The notes beneath the pieces are model-generated. The model was not told the origin of the DNA, ran no database searches, and saw only the letters and a list, made by a program, of their open reading frames with translations. The translations under genes and the position numbers were made by a program. A stretch of 64,000 nt of DNA from Trichosphaerium sp. ATCC 40318 (Eukaryota > Protista > Tubulinea): contig JALMLS010000598.1 in NCBI GenBank assembly GCA_038496445.1, positions 1 to 64,000 on the forward strand, read 5' to 3'. Positions 12,901 to 26,245 of the stretch are shown piece after piece. Numbering within the stretch: position 1 is the stretch's first letter; each line of letters begins with the position of its first letter.

Positions 12901-15900
12901 CTGTTTGGATCATTTGATGATAGTCCCTCCAAAACAAAGTTGAAGAGTTTGCTAGATGGATATACACGTGCAACTAGCTTCAATAATGGACGAAGCATTT
13001 CACCATTTCTTCCAATTATTTTAAGGAAAACATTCAATAGACAACCAGCTTCATAGTCGTTAAGACGATACTTCTCAGCTTCGAGCATAGAGAATAGTGA
13101 CTTCAAGAAGTCTGTAGTATGACGGAAGATGGCATCAGAGGTATCACAAAGACGTAGGATAGACCACTTTAGGATCAAATCAAGGTTATCCAAAACAGCT
13201 TTTTTGTACTTGTGAAGTGCTTGTTTGAGAAGTTTTAAAGCTTCCATACGGCCTACAAACGCAAGTGAGCTTTGATGATAATGACACTCCAAACCAAAAG
13301 TAAGAGTACGCACCTTGTGCTGTTGTAGTAAATAATTTGCTGTGGAATTGTGGTGATGATACTGTAGCCATCTGAGTCCGTAGGAAAGTAACATGTTCAG
13401 CTGTTGGCGTAGAAAACTCCCATTTAAAAGTCAACTCTTGGTCAGCACTATCGAAAAAAAATCAGCAAAAGTGTCACGTGACAATTTGAAGTGGACAAAA
13501 ATAAAAAAATTCAAAAAACCGTGTAATCTTTTAAATCACGTGATTTTTATTATCGTACCGTGCTTCTTTTCCATCATTTTGGATTAATGGGTCATCAGAT
13601 TTTTTAGGCTTAGTAGAAGCGCCAGACATGCTAGAACGTGTCGATTTGGCTGATTTAGCCGATTTGACTGAAGCTGCCGATTTATTTGATTTATTAGAGC
13701 GTATGCTGCTAGCGGAGGAGTTACTAGCGTCAGAAGCGTCTACCAGAGTTAGATCGGGTGATTTAAAGGCGAAAAACTTACTACTCAAGCGGCGTGGGCG
13801 TTTAAGGCCGCGTTTGGCAGGTGCGCGAATACCTCGCTTTGAATTGCTTGGTTTAGGAGACGTGCGTTGTCTAGCGGCGCCAGAACGCCCAGCGGCAGAT
13901 TTCTTGGGCGATGACTTTTGTGGACTCGCTGCTAGTTTTTGAGCCAGAAGAGTTCTAGAAGAAAAAAAGTTAAGATACAGATTAAAAAAAAAGTGAGCGT
14001 ACTTTATGGTCTTGGCATACGCTGGTTTTAGACTAGCCGCTTCGGCTTCAATACGTTTAGCTCCAAGACGATTGATGAGAATGCCAAAGAGAGGTTCAGC
14101 AGCTTTTCGTACTTCACCACTGCGATCTGTCAAACAAGCCAGATCGCCTTTTACAAGACAACTCACGTCTGTGCTCTTCTTTAGAGAAGACAAGTGTTTG
14201 TTTAACCAGAGCAGTAAGAATTTACGCCCGCTTGAAGCAAGGGCGTTAGGTAGATACTGGATGATGCGATCAACACCGACAACCTATAGGTCCAGTAAGT
14301 AACTTGTAGGTTGCAAAAGCTAAGAACAATAAAAAAACGTACCTCAGCCCACTTATCGCAACACTCTTTGGTAGCCTTTTTGACATTTGGTTTACCATCA
14401 GAAAAGTATCCAGTAATAGCAGGTATCATGACGTTCATCTTACGATCAATAGAGGGTCCGACAGCAACAGCAACTGCACCAACAACACGAAGAGCTTGTG
14501 CAGCAATAGATTTATTGCTATCACCAAATCTCTTCTTCAATGAAGGCAGAAGGTTGTCTGTCTTAGGAGAGATACTTGGATGATTAAACAGAAACATCTC
14601 AAGTTTATCCAACGCCTGTTTACGTTTCTTCCAATCTGAAGATTCAAGCATCTTCATAAGAGCAGGAGTAGCCTTCGAGAAAATCAACAAAACAAACTCT
14701 CAAGATGGAGGTTAAAAAAAATACGCACAACTTCTGTAATATCAGCTTTCGCTGAGGTAGGCGCAGCACTTTTGCAAGTACGTGTAGGTGAAGGGATATC
14801 AGCATCACCAACTTTATCAAAGGAGGCATTAATCTTCTTGTTTAGAGCAGGTTTGATATCGCTCAAAAAATGCTTGATAATATCTCCAAGGTATTTGTAC
14901 AACTGTAGAAAAAAGTAAGCAAAAACACAACATCTAGGCGGTATTCAACACGTACCTCAACAACTAGGCCAATAGATGCTTCTCGCACGCCAGCGTTTGT
15001 AGCTGAAAGGCTCTTTTTAGCAAAATTAACGAGTGCCTTTTTGTTTACAGCAGAGATGCCAAATTCTTTCAATGAAGAAATCAAGTATAAGATAGAGTTT
15101 TGTGTTACTTTTGGCATTGAGTGGTTATCAGCGTATGAGATGATTCCACCGTGAATAACTTGTACCCCAAGTGTTTCAGAGAGGGTACTGAGACACTCAG
15201 AAGCGCTTGGCCTTACTTTAGAGTCCATCAATTTGGTGCATAAACCTAAAGGATAATCAGAGTCTTGCTTCAATTCATCTTACAAATTAAAAAAAAGCAT
15301 CATTAACGCACCTTCAATAACAGACAAGCCATCGCGTTTCGTAATTGTGTTGGAACGCTTAGCAATCACAGTCACTGTTTGGAATACTTTTGAGCATATT
15401 TGAAAGTTGCTGTCCTTGAAACCAGGCTTCACAGCCAAAAGTGACAATAGAGTAGATGTGTTTTGGTCAAGCGTATCTTGGTCCATTTTTTTGACATCAC
15501 CAAGAAGCTTGTCAATAGCAGCAAGGCGTTCTTTACGATCAGAAGATGTGAGATGACCAATGAGAACACTAGATACAACTTTTGATGCCCGTTCAACAGC
15601 TTCTTTAGCATCATACACAGGTCCTATCGCAAAGTTAATAAAGTACATAAAAATGTCTTGAAAAAAAACACAAAGAACAGTACCTTTTGGTTCAGGTGCT
15701 CTCTTACTACCACGTCTAACTGGTGTTTTAGGACCGCGACCACGTGGTTTTTTACCTCCAACAGTGCGTCTCATAGCCTTCTTTGGTGCACTTCTAGCTC
15801 TAGATTTGGCAGGTCTATGTAAAACGATGTAAGTACTCATATGGTACCAAAAAAAAGCACTTACGCTTTCTTTGCTGGTGCCTTCTTCCTTGGCGATTTT

Positions 15901-18209
15901 TTCCTTGGCGATCCTCTCTTTGGTGATCCTCTCTTTACTTTTGGTCCCAAGTCAATCGACTTTGGTGGTGCTGCTTTAATAACCATCTTTGGTAGATCAG
16001 GGATGTGTTCTTTAACTTTCTTTAGCTTGTGTTTATCGAGTTTATTCATATATCCTTGTACGGAACGTTCACCGACCTAAAAGGATTCATCAGAAAGCTA
16101 GGGCTTTCAAACAAACAAAAAATAAGCGTACCATGCCAATAAGTTGCCCAAAGGCAATTGCTGCATTATCACGGACGCCAGGCGTTCCATCGTCAAGCAA
16201 CTAATCATCAACAGTTAGTACCAAAAAAAAGCTCGAAAACAAAAAAAAGGTTGCCTCTTTGCACGTACTGTAAGAAACAATGTTGCGAGAGGTTTAACTA
16301 ATTTTGGCGTTGCAGAGCGCTTAGTCTTCTTGAGTAGAGAAAGAATAATCTTTACAGTCTCAGTACGGACTTGAGGTACTTTATTGCTGCAAGCTGTCTT
16401 GAGATCTAGGTAAAATGATTTAGAATAAACCCAGACAAGAAATGACTTTGCAGACTCGCAAGTACCTTCTAATATATCTGGTAACGTGAAACACTGTGGA
16501 AAGCATTTATCAAAAGCTTCGTGTATAGGTGTGAGCACTAAAGCCTTCTTTTCTTTAAGTTTCTCAAGTAGGACAGGAACAAGGATTTTCGCGTTTGACG
16601 AGAAATCTTTACGAAGACCATTACCAAAACAACCAATTATTTTGGCTGCTAATGCTACACAGAAAACATTTGCATCACTCTTGATAACCTAGATAAGATA
16701 TTAACACCAAGAGATCTTCAGAAAGGAAAAAAAACGTGAAGACTTGACAATCCTTTTACCTTTCGCAAAGTTCTTGTAATATCTCCAAAGTCTCCTTTAT
16801 TTTTTATCTTTGGTGTATCAGCTAGAGTGTGCAACTCTGTTAGCACTTCTTTTCTCTCCTTCCACTTTTTGGAGCCAATCTGTTCTGTAAACTTCGCCAT
16901 GTCGAGTTTTCCTAATACATCGACAGCTTCAGCTAAGTCATACTCATCCATTGCTTCTAAAATAGGCAATTTAGTGATTAATATTTTTACGGAAAAAAAG
17001 AAATTGAGAGGATCGTCTTTGTAACGCACGTTCTTCTTCAGGCTCTTCTTCTGCGCCACCCATTTGATCAAGCATTGATCGAAGGTATTTTGTAGGTTGT
17101 GGTAGAGGATCTCTAGATGTAGCTGCAAATTTCTTTTCAAGGTCTTTAACCTACAACAAAAAAACATAAGAAGAGGGTTGTACAAGTTTAGAAAGTCGGC
17201 TGTACGCACTTGAGCAGGACGTAAAGATTCGATTCTACCTTTCATAGCATCGCCAAGCCATCTGTAAAGCTCACAAGCGAGTTCTGTAGCCTTCTCACGG
17301 ACGTTCTTATTTGTATTTTCGAAAAAAGGGAGAAACTTCTTTAGTACGAGTTTCACAGGGAAGATCTTGATACCGAACGTTCTAAAACAAAAATCAGAAT
17401 TTCATCAAACTCTGGAGACAAAGAACAAAAACAGAAGGAAAATAGAGTTTGCACTCCCACAAAGACAACGTGAAGCGTTATGGAGCGTTGCGCGACACTA
17501 AAGTTTTCCAGTAGACCGAATTTTCACTTTTGTTGTACCTCAAGGCCAGAGTGATCGTTTCGATACTCGCGGCAGCGTTCTTCCATACTTTGTGTTTACC
17601 ACCTTCAAGTAAGGCATTCTATAAAAAAAAATAAGATTTTTCGAAGTGACGGTTGAAATGGGATGACACGTTGGTATAATACGTAAAACGAGGCCGCTGA
17701 AGGTGTTTTCGAGGCGATTACGGCATAAAAATTTGTAACTACGTACAATTACAGGGTCCATGACGTCAATCTCGATCATGAGCTGTAGAATATCCATTGC
17801 TTTCTTTTTAGTGCCTGTTCTACCACCCAAGCATTTCTCAATTAACGGTGTGTAAAGTGGCGCCAAGTATCTAGTATCATTAGAAGGCGATGCGGAGGGT
17901 TAGTGTACTTTTTGGCGTTGTCGTAACGATCGAGCCAAGCCAATACGACATCTAGGCCTCTTTCTTGGGCTACTACATTTTTATCAAGTATAATTGACTT
18001 CATTTTAGACGCTACAAGCGATTTAGAGACGATCTGTTTGCTACAACCAAAAACCCACCGTATCGATGAAAAATCTTCGCGTTATTGTCCTCTGCTTCGC
18101 GTAATAGCTTAGAGATGCCATCATAACCAGAGCGTCTAACTTTCCAGTTTTTATGTTCTACTTTCTCATGTACACCCAATGTTTCGATGAGATCATCAAT
18201 CTCGGACAT
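9901..18209 (-). CDS. XMAP215: XMAP215/Dis1/ch-TOG family microtubule polymerase with multiple TOG domains and many short introns
   Basis: TOG signatures HKNWKVRRSGY, SKKWKERKEVL, SSDRKERLAAI, SSDWKKRKQALD, KWSILRLCDT. C-terminal domain has TTKKGLQELYAFTKKHP and ends LRERLNRIK. Confidence 0.96.
10143..10196 (-). repeat. 15-bp coding tandem repeat (APMQP x3) in the XMAP215 tail
   Basis: ggctgcataggtgcg repeated three times. Confidence 0.9.
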
Positions 18210-20421
18210 AGTTCCCAACAGCGGAGGTGCTTGACAGTTGGGTTTTTATATTTGATCGTTAAACGGGTCTGAATTTTTAAAGCGGGAAAAAAAGCGCGCT
18301 TTTAAACACAGCTAAAACTCTCAGTTGTACCCAGAAGTATCGTTAAAGCAGTAGGTGATATGTACGCATAAGGGAGCTAGACATAGTAAACGCGGCAACA
18401 TTAGTAAAGTTCTTAGTTACGTTGGTTTAAGCACTAACAAGTAAAGAGTTGATAGAAAGCGGTGTGTTGGGGAGTGTAAACCAAGTGTAAAACAAAAGAT
18501 GTTGCAAACTGTTGGTGCTAAGCTTGCTTCGATGTCGTAACGATATCTACGCACTACCTAGCGATGGTGCGTACTTTTAGCGCTTTTAACTGAGTGCAAC
18601 GAAAAATAGTGGCAGCGAAAACTATGTAGCAACAGGTAGTTGTGTAGGTGTTCATCACAAAGAAACGACTGACGTATAAGTTACTTTGTGAACTGACAAT
18701 ATGTCAAAATACTGAAAAGATTTGTTACTGACATTGTCCACTCTTAGTACAATTAACGCATTTCGCCATTTTGGTGTTCGTGGCTACGCGCATGTCAAAT
18801 ACGTCTTCATTTGTTCTTTTCTGTATTCTTTATCTGCGAATGTCTGTAGGAGTACTTCTACGCGTGTAGACAATCACACTAGCACTTAGAGTGCGGTATG
18901 AAACATTTAACGTTATTGTTGTTCAACGACAACGGCGTGCTGTTTGTTTGCGCTGGGACTATCTAATCATTGTCGAGATAAATTAAAGGTAGTTCACCGC
19001 ATAATGCTGGAATCTAGGCATTTTTTACTGAGACTGGCTACAATGCTACGTGGAGTCATGGCGCGATTTTATAATGTACACGCTTGTGCTAATGGTCCTT
19101 TGAAGGCAAAACCACAATAATTATGTTGATGTTTGAAACAAAAAAATTTGAAGCACCCGAATTATTACGTACCTGACTCGTAGTCTCTGTGATCAAGCAG
19201 GCAGAGGCTATACATTGGCACAGCCCGCATTGCACATTGTGCGTTGGTGGCCTTTGTAAGAGAATCCAATACGGGTTCCTCTGGAGTTCAATTTTTGCTA
19301 GTTGGCACTGCGCCAGTCGCAGTGTCAGACCCAACAATAAAGAAAAAGTCTTCGATGATATCTGATGCAAAGTGATAAGATACGAAAATTACTCAGCATC
19401 CGTCCTCTCAGCGTAGAATGTTTCGCCCACAAGTTGTCTGCTTCCGGTAAAAGCCTGTGCTAGTACCACTTATGTTTTTTTGAGAAACAGTTAAGTTGTC
19501 GTGTACTCCAGGTTCATTCGAAATTGGTTCTGTTACTTGTGGGTCCAAGTGTAGGTGCAGATGGAGAGACACAGTCGTTCATAGGTAGAGCCAGCTCAAA
19601 AGAGCTTTAAAGTATCGCTAATCTAAGGGATACGCGATATGACTCTGCTAATACAAAACAGAAAGGCAAACGCTATTTTGAACTAAAAGAGCCAAAAAGG
19701 TTACAGTGGCACCACAGTTATGCTGCTATCTCTTATATTACATACAAGGTCGTTTGAGAGCAAAAGTCAACAGAAAATAAGTAACGGTACGATCACGTTT
19801 TTTGAAACCGAAAAGGCAAGTTACAGGTTCAAACCGTCAGCAACGCTATGATACATTTACGTTATAACGTCGAGGCAAGTTTTGAGCGACAAGCGCTTGA
19901 TGGAAGCTACAACAGAAAGATCACCTTTTTTTGAGTCAAAACAACGCGGAAACGCCGTACTTTATATTAATAACATATCACCAGTAAATAAAGGTTGATT
20001 ACGCCAATTCTCGGTTCTTCGTATTCTTATTATTTTGCATGGACTTAATATCCCTTGTAAATATAGATGAGTCTCAAAATACGCGTGGAAGATACCATAC
20101 ATGAACGCAGAAACCGGCATAAGTTGCATTTAAGTCTTTTTTGAATTTCACTTTTTCACATTTGTTTCTCAACATTGCAATCCCGATTTACTTCATAACT
20201 CCACATCTTAAACCCCAACATCGAAATCCGTGTATCTACTTTCGATTGACCATTATATGCTTCAATTAACACGTACAACGTATTGGACCGGTTTTTACAA
20301 AAACTGTAGAAAACCACAACTTTTTTGCAACAAGAAATTACTTGGTTAAAAGGAAAATTGATTTTTTATCTAGTGGAAGCATACGAATACTACAACTATA
20401 ATATCTATACTTCTGCTTGAC

Positions 20422-20691
20422 ATGTCAAGACTACTCCGAGCAGTGCGAAAGTACGCTCGTAAAAAATACGATTCTCTACTGGGCAGACCATTAGTGATTA
20501 AAGTCACGGTCACAGTCCCTAAAAGCATCCTGGTTCACACCAGACCAAACTACACCTACGCTCTGACTTGGGACCCACAGGTAGAAGACCTCTACTACCC
20601 ACCTACAGGCGTATCAAATATCATAATGATATCCAGCTATGACATAGATCTAGCAAAAATGGCATTCGAAGGCGGAAGCCCAAGAATGTAA
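20422..20691 (+). CDS. Intronless 89-aa orphan ORF with atypical C/A-ending codons
   Basis: ATG..TAA open frame. Codons such as TAC, GAC, ACC, ATC and CTA dominate, unlike neighbouring genes. Followed directly by an A-rich tail. Confidence 0.5.
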   Translation: MSRLLRAVRKYARKKYDSLLGRPLVIKVTVTVPKSILVHTRPNYTYALTWDPQVEDLYYPPTGVSNIIMISSYDIDLAKMAFEGGSPRM

Positions 20692-20744
20692 AACAAAAAA
20701 AAAAACAAAAAAAAAACAAAAAAAAAACAAAAAAAACCAAAAAA
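20690..20744 (+). repeat. Interrupted poly(A) tract: A-runs of up to ~11 separated by C
   Basis: AAAACAAAAAAAAAAACAAAAAAAAAACAAAAAAAAAACAAAAAAAACCAAAAAA directly after the stop codon. Confidence 0.9.
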
Positions 20745-21079
20745 TTTTTTTGCTTGAAATCTTTTACAACAAAGAGGTTGTTACACCCCTTTTGTATAAA
20801 ACGTTTGAAATATGAGTTTGAATTGAGGGTGACACCAACTGTGGACACCATTTTGTTTCAGTCAACTAGTGTAACTTGTAACCTCGGATGTCAGTAAAAC
20901 CCGTACAAAAGGAACTCGACATACATCAGCGTACAATTGTTATGCCTTCTCGCGCCACCTCTTGTATGCTCCTTCTTGTGAACCATTGATATCACTTAGC
21001 CATATAAGATGACGTGGTAGGTTGTCATTTCTTTGCCTACGAACTGATAAATCCCCATTGTCTCAAACAAAATAAATTA

Positions 21080-21230
21080 GCTTGTATGAGCAAATTCTAG
21101 CATTCTCGAATGTGTCACAGGAGAAAGCAAATTATAAACAAGCAAGGTCGGAACAGAGAGGTTTTTTATGAGGTGTTAAGTGGGTGGAATTGACCCGGAT
21201 TATCGACAAAAAGATTCTCGAAGAACATCA
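21080..21230 (+). pseudogene. Possible BACK (BTB-kelch associated) domain relic
   Basis: Joining frames gives approximately SEQ.VFYEV.KWVE.DPDYRQK, matching the BACK pattern SE..VF.AV..WV..D...R. Frameshifts are required. Confidence 0.35.
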
Positions 21231-21407
21231 CGATGTTTGGTTAATTACTCGTTAAGCCGCATCCATAGAAGAACTCCATACCAACTTCCTGTGCTCTCAT
21301 AGATTGAGATTTGAGCCTTTGGGCAATAGCAAAGTATCGTCAAGTTAATGTGTACGGTTTTGTAATAAAATACAAACTTTTCGCAATACACGTGAATCAC
21401 TTCGACC

Positions 21408-22849
21408 ATGATTTTTATTGGTAGTGCGTTCTTTATTTGGGGCGTAATATGCGTGGTTTACGCTGCTTATTATGGCAGGAAGTTCACAAAGAAAGCCAAA
21501 AAACAAACAGGAGGCGTTGCAGTGATAACTGGCGCTAGCAGCGGTATTGGTAGAGCTTTAGCGATTCAAATGGCCAAACGTGGTACTAGGTTAGTTTAAC
21601 ACATAAATATAACTGCAATAATACCGCGTAGCGTTGTTGTTGGTGCTAGGCGCAAAGAAGAGCTCGATGAACTTGTAAAAGAAATACACGCGCTTGGAGG
21701 AAAAGCCCTTGCTGTAGAAACTGATGTAACGGACGCTGAACAGTGTAGGTACGAAAGCACGCTATCTCAACGGCAAAACTAGTTTGTTAGCTAACCAATG
21801 ATTTAGAGATCTCGTTAATTGCGCTGTGAGAGAATTTCAGGGCCTGGACTTTCTTTTCTTAAACGCTGGGTAAGAGTTTTTACACTTCTTTTTCAAAACG
21901 GTTGTGACTGACTCTCTCTGGAGCTTTTCTATGCATAGTCTATTCGAGGATGTAACCACACTTGATATCTATCATAAACTAATGGATGTGAACTACTATG
22001 GCTGTGTTAACGTGCGTTCTTTTGCAATCTCTTTTTCTCAAATTGTACCTTTGTTGAAAGTGGTCAAAATATCATTAAACCAACTCAAAAACGAACCAAT
22101 ACGCGTCAGCATATTAAATAGATGTGAACTACGCCACTAGCGTTAGGTTTTTTGGATGGACTTATCAAATGGCTAAAATGTCAAAGGTTGTTTTCGCTGC
22201 ATTGCCTCATTTGAAGAAATCTAAGATGCCTCATATTGTTGTAACATCTTCTATTGCTGGATTAGTAGGATTACCATATCGTACAGGATACAGTGCAGCA
22301 AAATTTGCACTTCACGGCATGTTTTTAATCAATAGACCCTTTGGCTAAAATTTTCTTTTAGGATTTTTTGGTTCTCTTCGTGCAGAACTTATTGCTAGTG
22401 GTCCAAATGGAACTCCAATGCCTGTGACAATGGTCTGCCCAGGTAAATAGAATAATAATAATAAGTACGTAATGATGTAACAAACATTAGGCCAGGTAAA
22501 AACTCAGATAAACAGACTTCGTCTAGGTACCAATAAATACATGTAGAAGCATTTTATTAACATTTAGCAAAAAGGTTCAAATGGTAAACAATCTACGCAC
22601 AAGCTCGACATTGACAATGCTATGTCTGCAGAGGTATTTATACAGCATATTATTCTTTTTATGAGATTCATACTTACAAGTGTATTTTAGAAATGTGCTG
22701 AGCTGACATTGAAGGCGATGGACCAAAAGCGTTCAACATTTTTGACACATACAAAATTTTGGATTTTGTGGAATGTAGCATGGTTTCTTCCTGATGTTAT
22801 AACTGCGAAATTGAAAGGATTGGTAGAGAAATCTCATAAAGAAGACTAA
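21408..22849 (+). CDS. Short-chain dehydrogenase/reductase with N-terminal membrane anchor (DHRS7/11betaHSD-like)
   Basis: VITGASSGIG, LDFLFLNAG, MDVNYYG, TSSIAGLVGLPYRTGYSAAKFALHGFFGSLRAEL (YxxxK), VCPGQV. Confidence 0.93.
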
Positions 22850-23213
22850 AATAAATCGGTTTGGTAACTCATAAACGCTCTAATAATCGACATTAAAAAA
22901 GGAAAGTACTAACTGCATTTTATATTTTTAATGTCTTTTTTTGGAATCGTCAAAAGCGATGTACCACTGCCCTTGTTTTGGTTGTTTCGAAAGCTACGAA
23001 GGTTCATGGTTAGGCACATTATCTGTTCGTAAACATAAGTATTGTTGAGAAATAAGTAGAATTTACATTCGCGAATATGCGTTGACTTACGGCGTCCTTA
23101 AGTGGCTGTTCAGGCCGTTATTTCTGTTGTCTTACAAATAGAAGGCTTTCTGAGGTATGAGTTCGTCTGGTAGGCCTAATGCAGGCCGTAAAACTGGCGG
23201 AACATCTTGTTGT

Positions 23214-26051
23214 ATGAGATTCTTATGGTAGGCGCGTATTTCCATCACGAGACCTTACAGTGATAGGATTACTGTCATTATACTCGGTATTTTTTGCGTT
23301 GGCGTGTGGTTTTTATTGAAAGAAGCTGCTACACCTTGTGGTGGAAACGAGAGAAACTGGGCACGCTATAGAACATCTTACCCATCATTTGGTGCGCTAT
23401 ATAGACTTCTCACCTGTCACCTTTCTTACGGTACAATAGCAAAATCAGACCTCTCTAGCGACTTTATAACTATGAGGGATGGCGTACGGATAGCTGTTGA
23501 TCGTTATTTGCCGAAAGAGCGGGAGGAAAATGAAAAGTTTCCAACAATGCTACACATGACTAGGTACGCGTAGAGTTGCCTCAAAACGGTACTAAAACAT
23601 ACTTTTAGGTATAATCGTAACTGGCTTGTTAATTGGCCATTTACGTATCTATTCGGACGTTCTGTCAACATAAGAACGTTTAAATGGGTATTCCCGTTCA
23701 TTGCGAACAGGCAAGAAAAAGCAAAAAAAACAAGCACTTTTTATAGTTGCCTTACAGTTACTTTAGATATGCTTGGGTTTCTGTTGATCTACGTGGAACA
23801 GGTGCATCATTTGGCTCCAGAAAAATTGATTGGTCAAAAGAGGAAGAAGAGGATGTTAAAGAAATCCTAGATTGGGTACGATGGCTGGACATAAAAAAAG
23901 ATACTCTTGATTTGCCTTTTTTTTGTTGAAATACTAATAGTTTTAAGGTATTGAAACAACCTTGGTGTGATGGTAATATCGGTTCTACCGGTATAAGTTA
24001 TGATGCTATGGCTGCTATGGTACTTGCTTCAACAGGAAATCCTGCTGTAAAGGCTATTGCGCCTATATCTGCTCCGATTGATATTGCTGAAGATTTATTG
24101 TACCCAGGTTCGGACAGATGAAAATGATTTGACTAGATTGTAACATCGTATTATCCTTAGGTGGTATACGTTGCTCTGGTTTCACAGATACTTATGTAGG
24201 ATTTACTACTGGATTGCAGCATAGTAAGCTTTATTACTATTTTCATACTTCAATTTTCAGGACTGATTTGTTAATAGATGATCCTTCGATTATTCCGTGG
24301 TTGGATTTGCCTTTTTACATTTTTACAAATATTATTGTCAGTGGTATGTTCGAGATACATTCGTTTGTATACTTGCTTTATGTTAATTAATGTAAAATTT
24401 AGGCGTATTGCCAGTTATTGAAACTGAACTTGGACGTGCAGTTAAAGAGCATAAGAAGTTTGAAGGATCACTGGAAAAAAGCATTACCAAAAAAGTAACA
24501 ACACTTGTAGTATTTACATAACTGACTGCCTTAGATGACTTTTTACGATGAAGCAATAGATGTAATTGATGGAAAAGATGTCAACGCACATACAATAAGT
24601 TTTAGGCGCTTACTGAAGCCAATTCGGTATGTTTTGTCACGCCCTTTTCCAATCTTGTACTAACACAAAAAACATTCAGTGAAAGTGATACAAAAGTATA
24701 CTTCCTTACGGGTACCTATGATGGATTTAATGTCCACTCAGGTTTGGTTGTATGGAAGTCATTGAAGCCAAAACAAACCAAACTCACTATTGGGTACATG
24801 AGCTTTGTTTCTCGATTGATTGTTTGGTTAACTTATTTATGTTAGACCATGGACACATGGTGCACGTCGCCAACAATCTCCTTTCTCTGATAACCGCAAA
24901 CCTTGCTTCAGCATCGAAGAAGAACTGTTACGTTATTTCGATCATCATTTGAAAGGTTTAGAAACTGGTATTGAAGATGAACAAAGTATTCATTACTTCC
25001 AAGTACGTTACATAGAAACAAGACTGAACCTTTCATTTTCAAAAGCCATCTGAGCGCGCTAGGAGTATCTACTCTGCGCTTAATTTCAGACACTTACGGC
25101 ATAGAAATACGGACGCTCTGTTCTTGTTGTATAGTATGTTATTAATTTTTTTTGTAGACTGGTTCAGAAACCTGGAGATCAACCGATGTATGGCCACCAG
25201 AAAACCTTAAGAAAGAGACGTTCTCTATACATAACCACAATGACTTAAAAATGGGTAAACCAAGATACTTTGAAGCACATACAAATGTTGAAATGGACAA
25301 ATCCGCTCGCTCTGGTACAAATCCACAAAAAAGAAAGTTTCTATTTTTAACTTGTTTTGCAGGTAAGGTATCACGTTGGAACCTTGCCATGCATGCTATT
25401 AAGTATCCAGTATCGTATATATCAGACCATAAAAATATATGTTGGGATAGTGAGAAATTTACGGAAGAAACAAGCATTGTTGGTTTCCCTCACTTAATTC
25501 TTCATCTCGTATTTGATGAGAATATAACTGATGAAACTCTATTTGTTTACTTGGAAGATGTTGATTCTGATGAAATCGCAAGTGGTATATCAGAAAGTGC
25601 TTTACGTCTGATACATCGTAAGACATACGATAAATCACCAGAAGGGTAAATTAAGCTGCTTTTAGAAGTCTACGACTTAAACATCTTCTTACTTTTTTTT
25701 TGTAGAAGACCAGATGTTCTTCCATTTTTTCGATCATACAACAAATCAGATGCAATGAAAATCGAACCAGAGAAGCCGACAAGAGTAGATATGGCACTTT
25801 CATTCACTTCATGGACATTCAAGCCACGTCATCGTATGAGGCTTTGCTTGACTGTAACTGATCTTGATAACTTTGATAATTTATTCCCAAATAAGCCATC
25901 AAGGCTTGCTGTATTAAGAGGAAAGGAAGAAGGAAGCTGGTCACACTTGGAAGTACAAATAGATGAAACAAGTACACAACAGGAAAAATATGTGTCTGAA
26001 GAGGAAGAAGAAGAACCTACAGAAGAACAACAACTTAACAAAGAGTTGTAA
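23214..26051 (+). CDS. CocE/NonD (peptidase S15-like) alpha/beta hydrolase with N-terminal TM or signal sequence
   Basis: ITMRDGVRIAVDRYLP, TRYNR, VDLRGTGASFG, QPWCDGNIGSTGISYDA (GxSYx nucleophile), GPWTHG, and a PepX_C-like C-terminal domain. Confidence 0.92.
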
Positions 26052-26245
26052 ATTACGCTTATTGTAATAGCCAATTTTATAATTATTGATAAATCTCCTG
26101 ACGTTCTCACCCACTTTTTGTATTCTCCTGATAGCTAATATGCTACCTAGTGAAGTTCCATGCGAGACTAAACTATTTGGAGGCTGGTCAAAAAAGAAGA
26201 ATTTATTGTGAATGTGTATCACGTGATACTTTTTGTGTAATTGCT

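Noticed and set aside
10800-17024. Plus-strand ORFs overlapping XMAP215 (e.g. 13628-13942, 14006-14302), and similar antisense ORFs over other genes
   Set aside because: They are antisense shadows of coding exons with no recognisable motifs.
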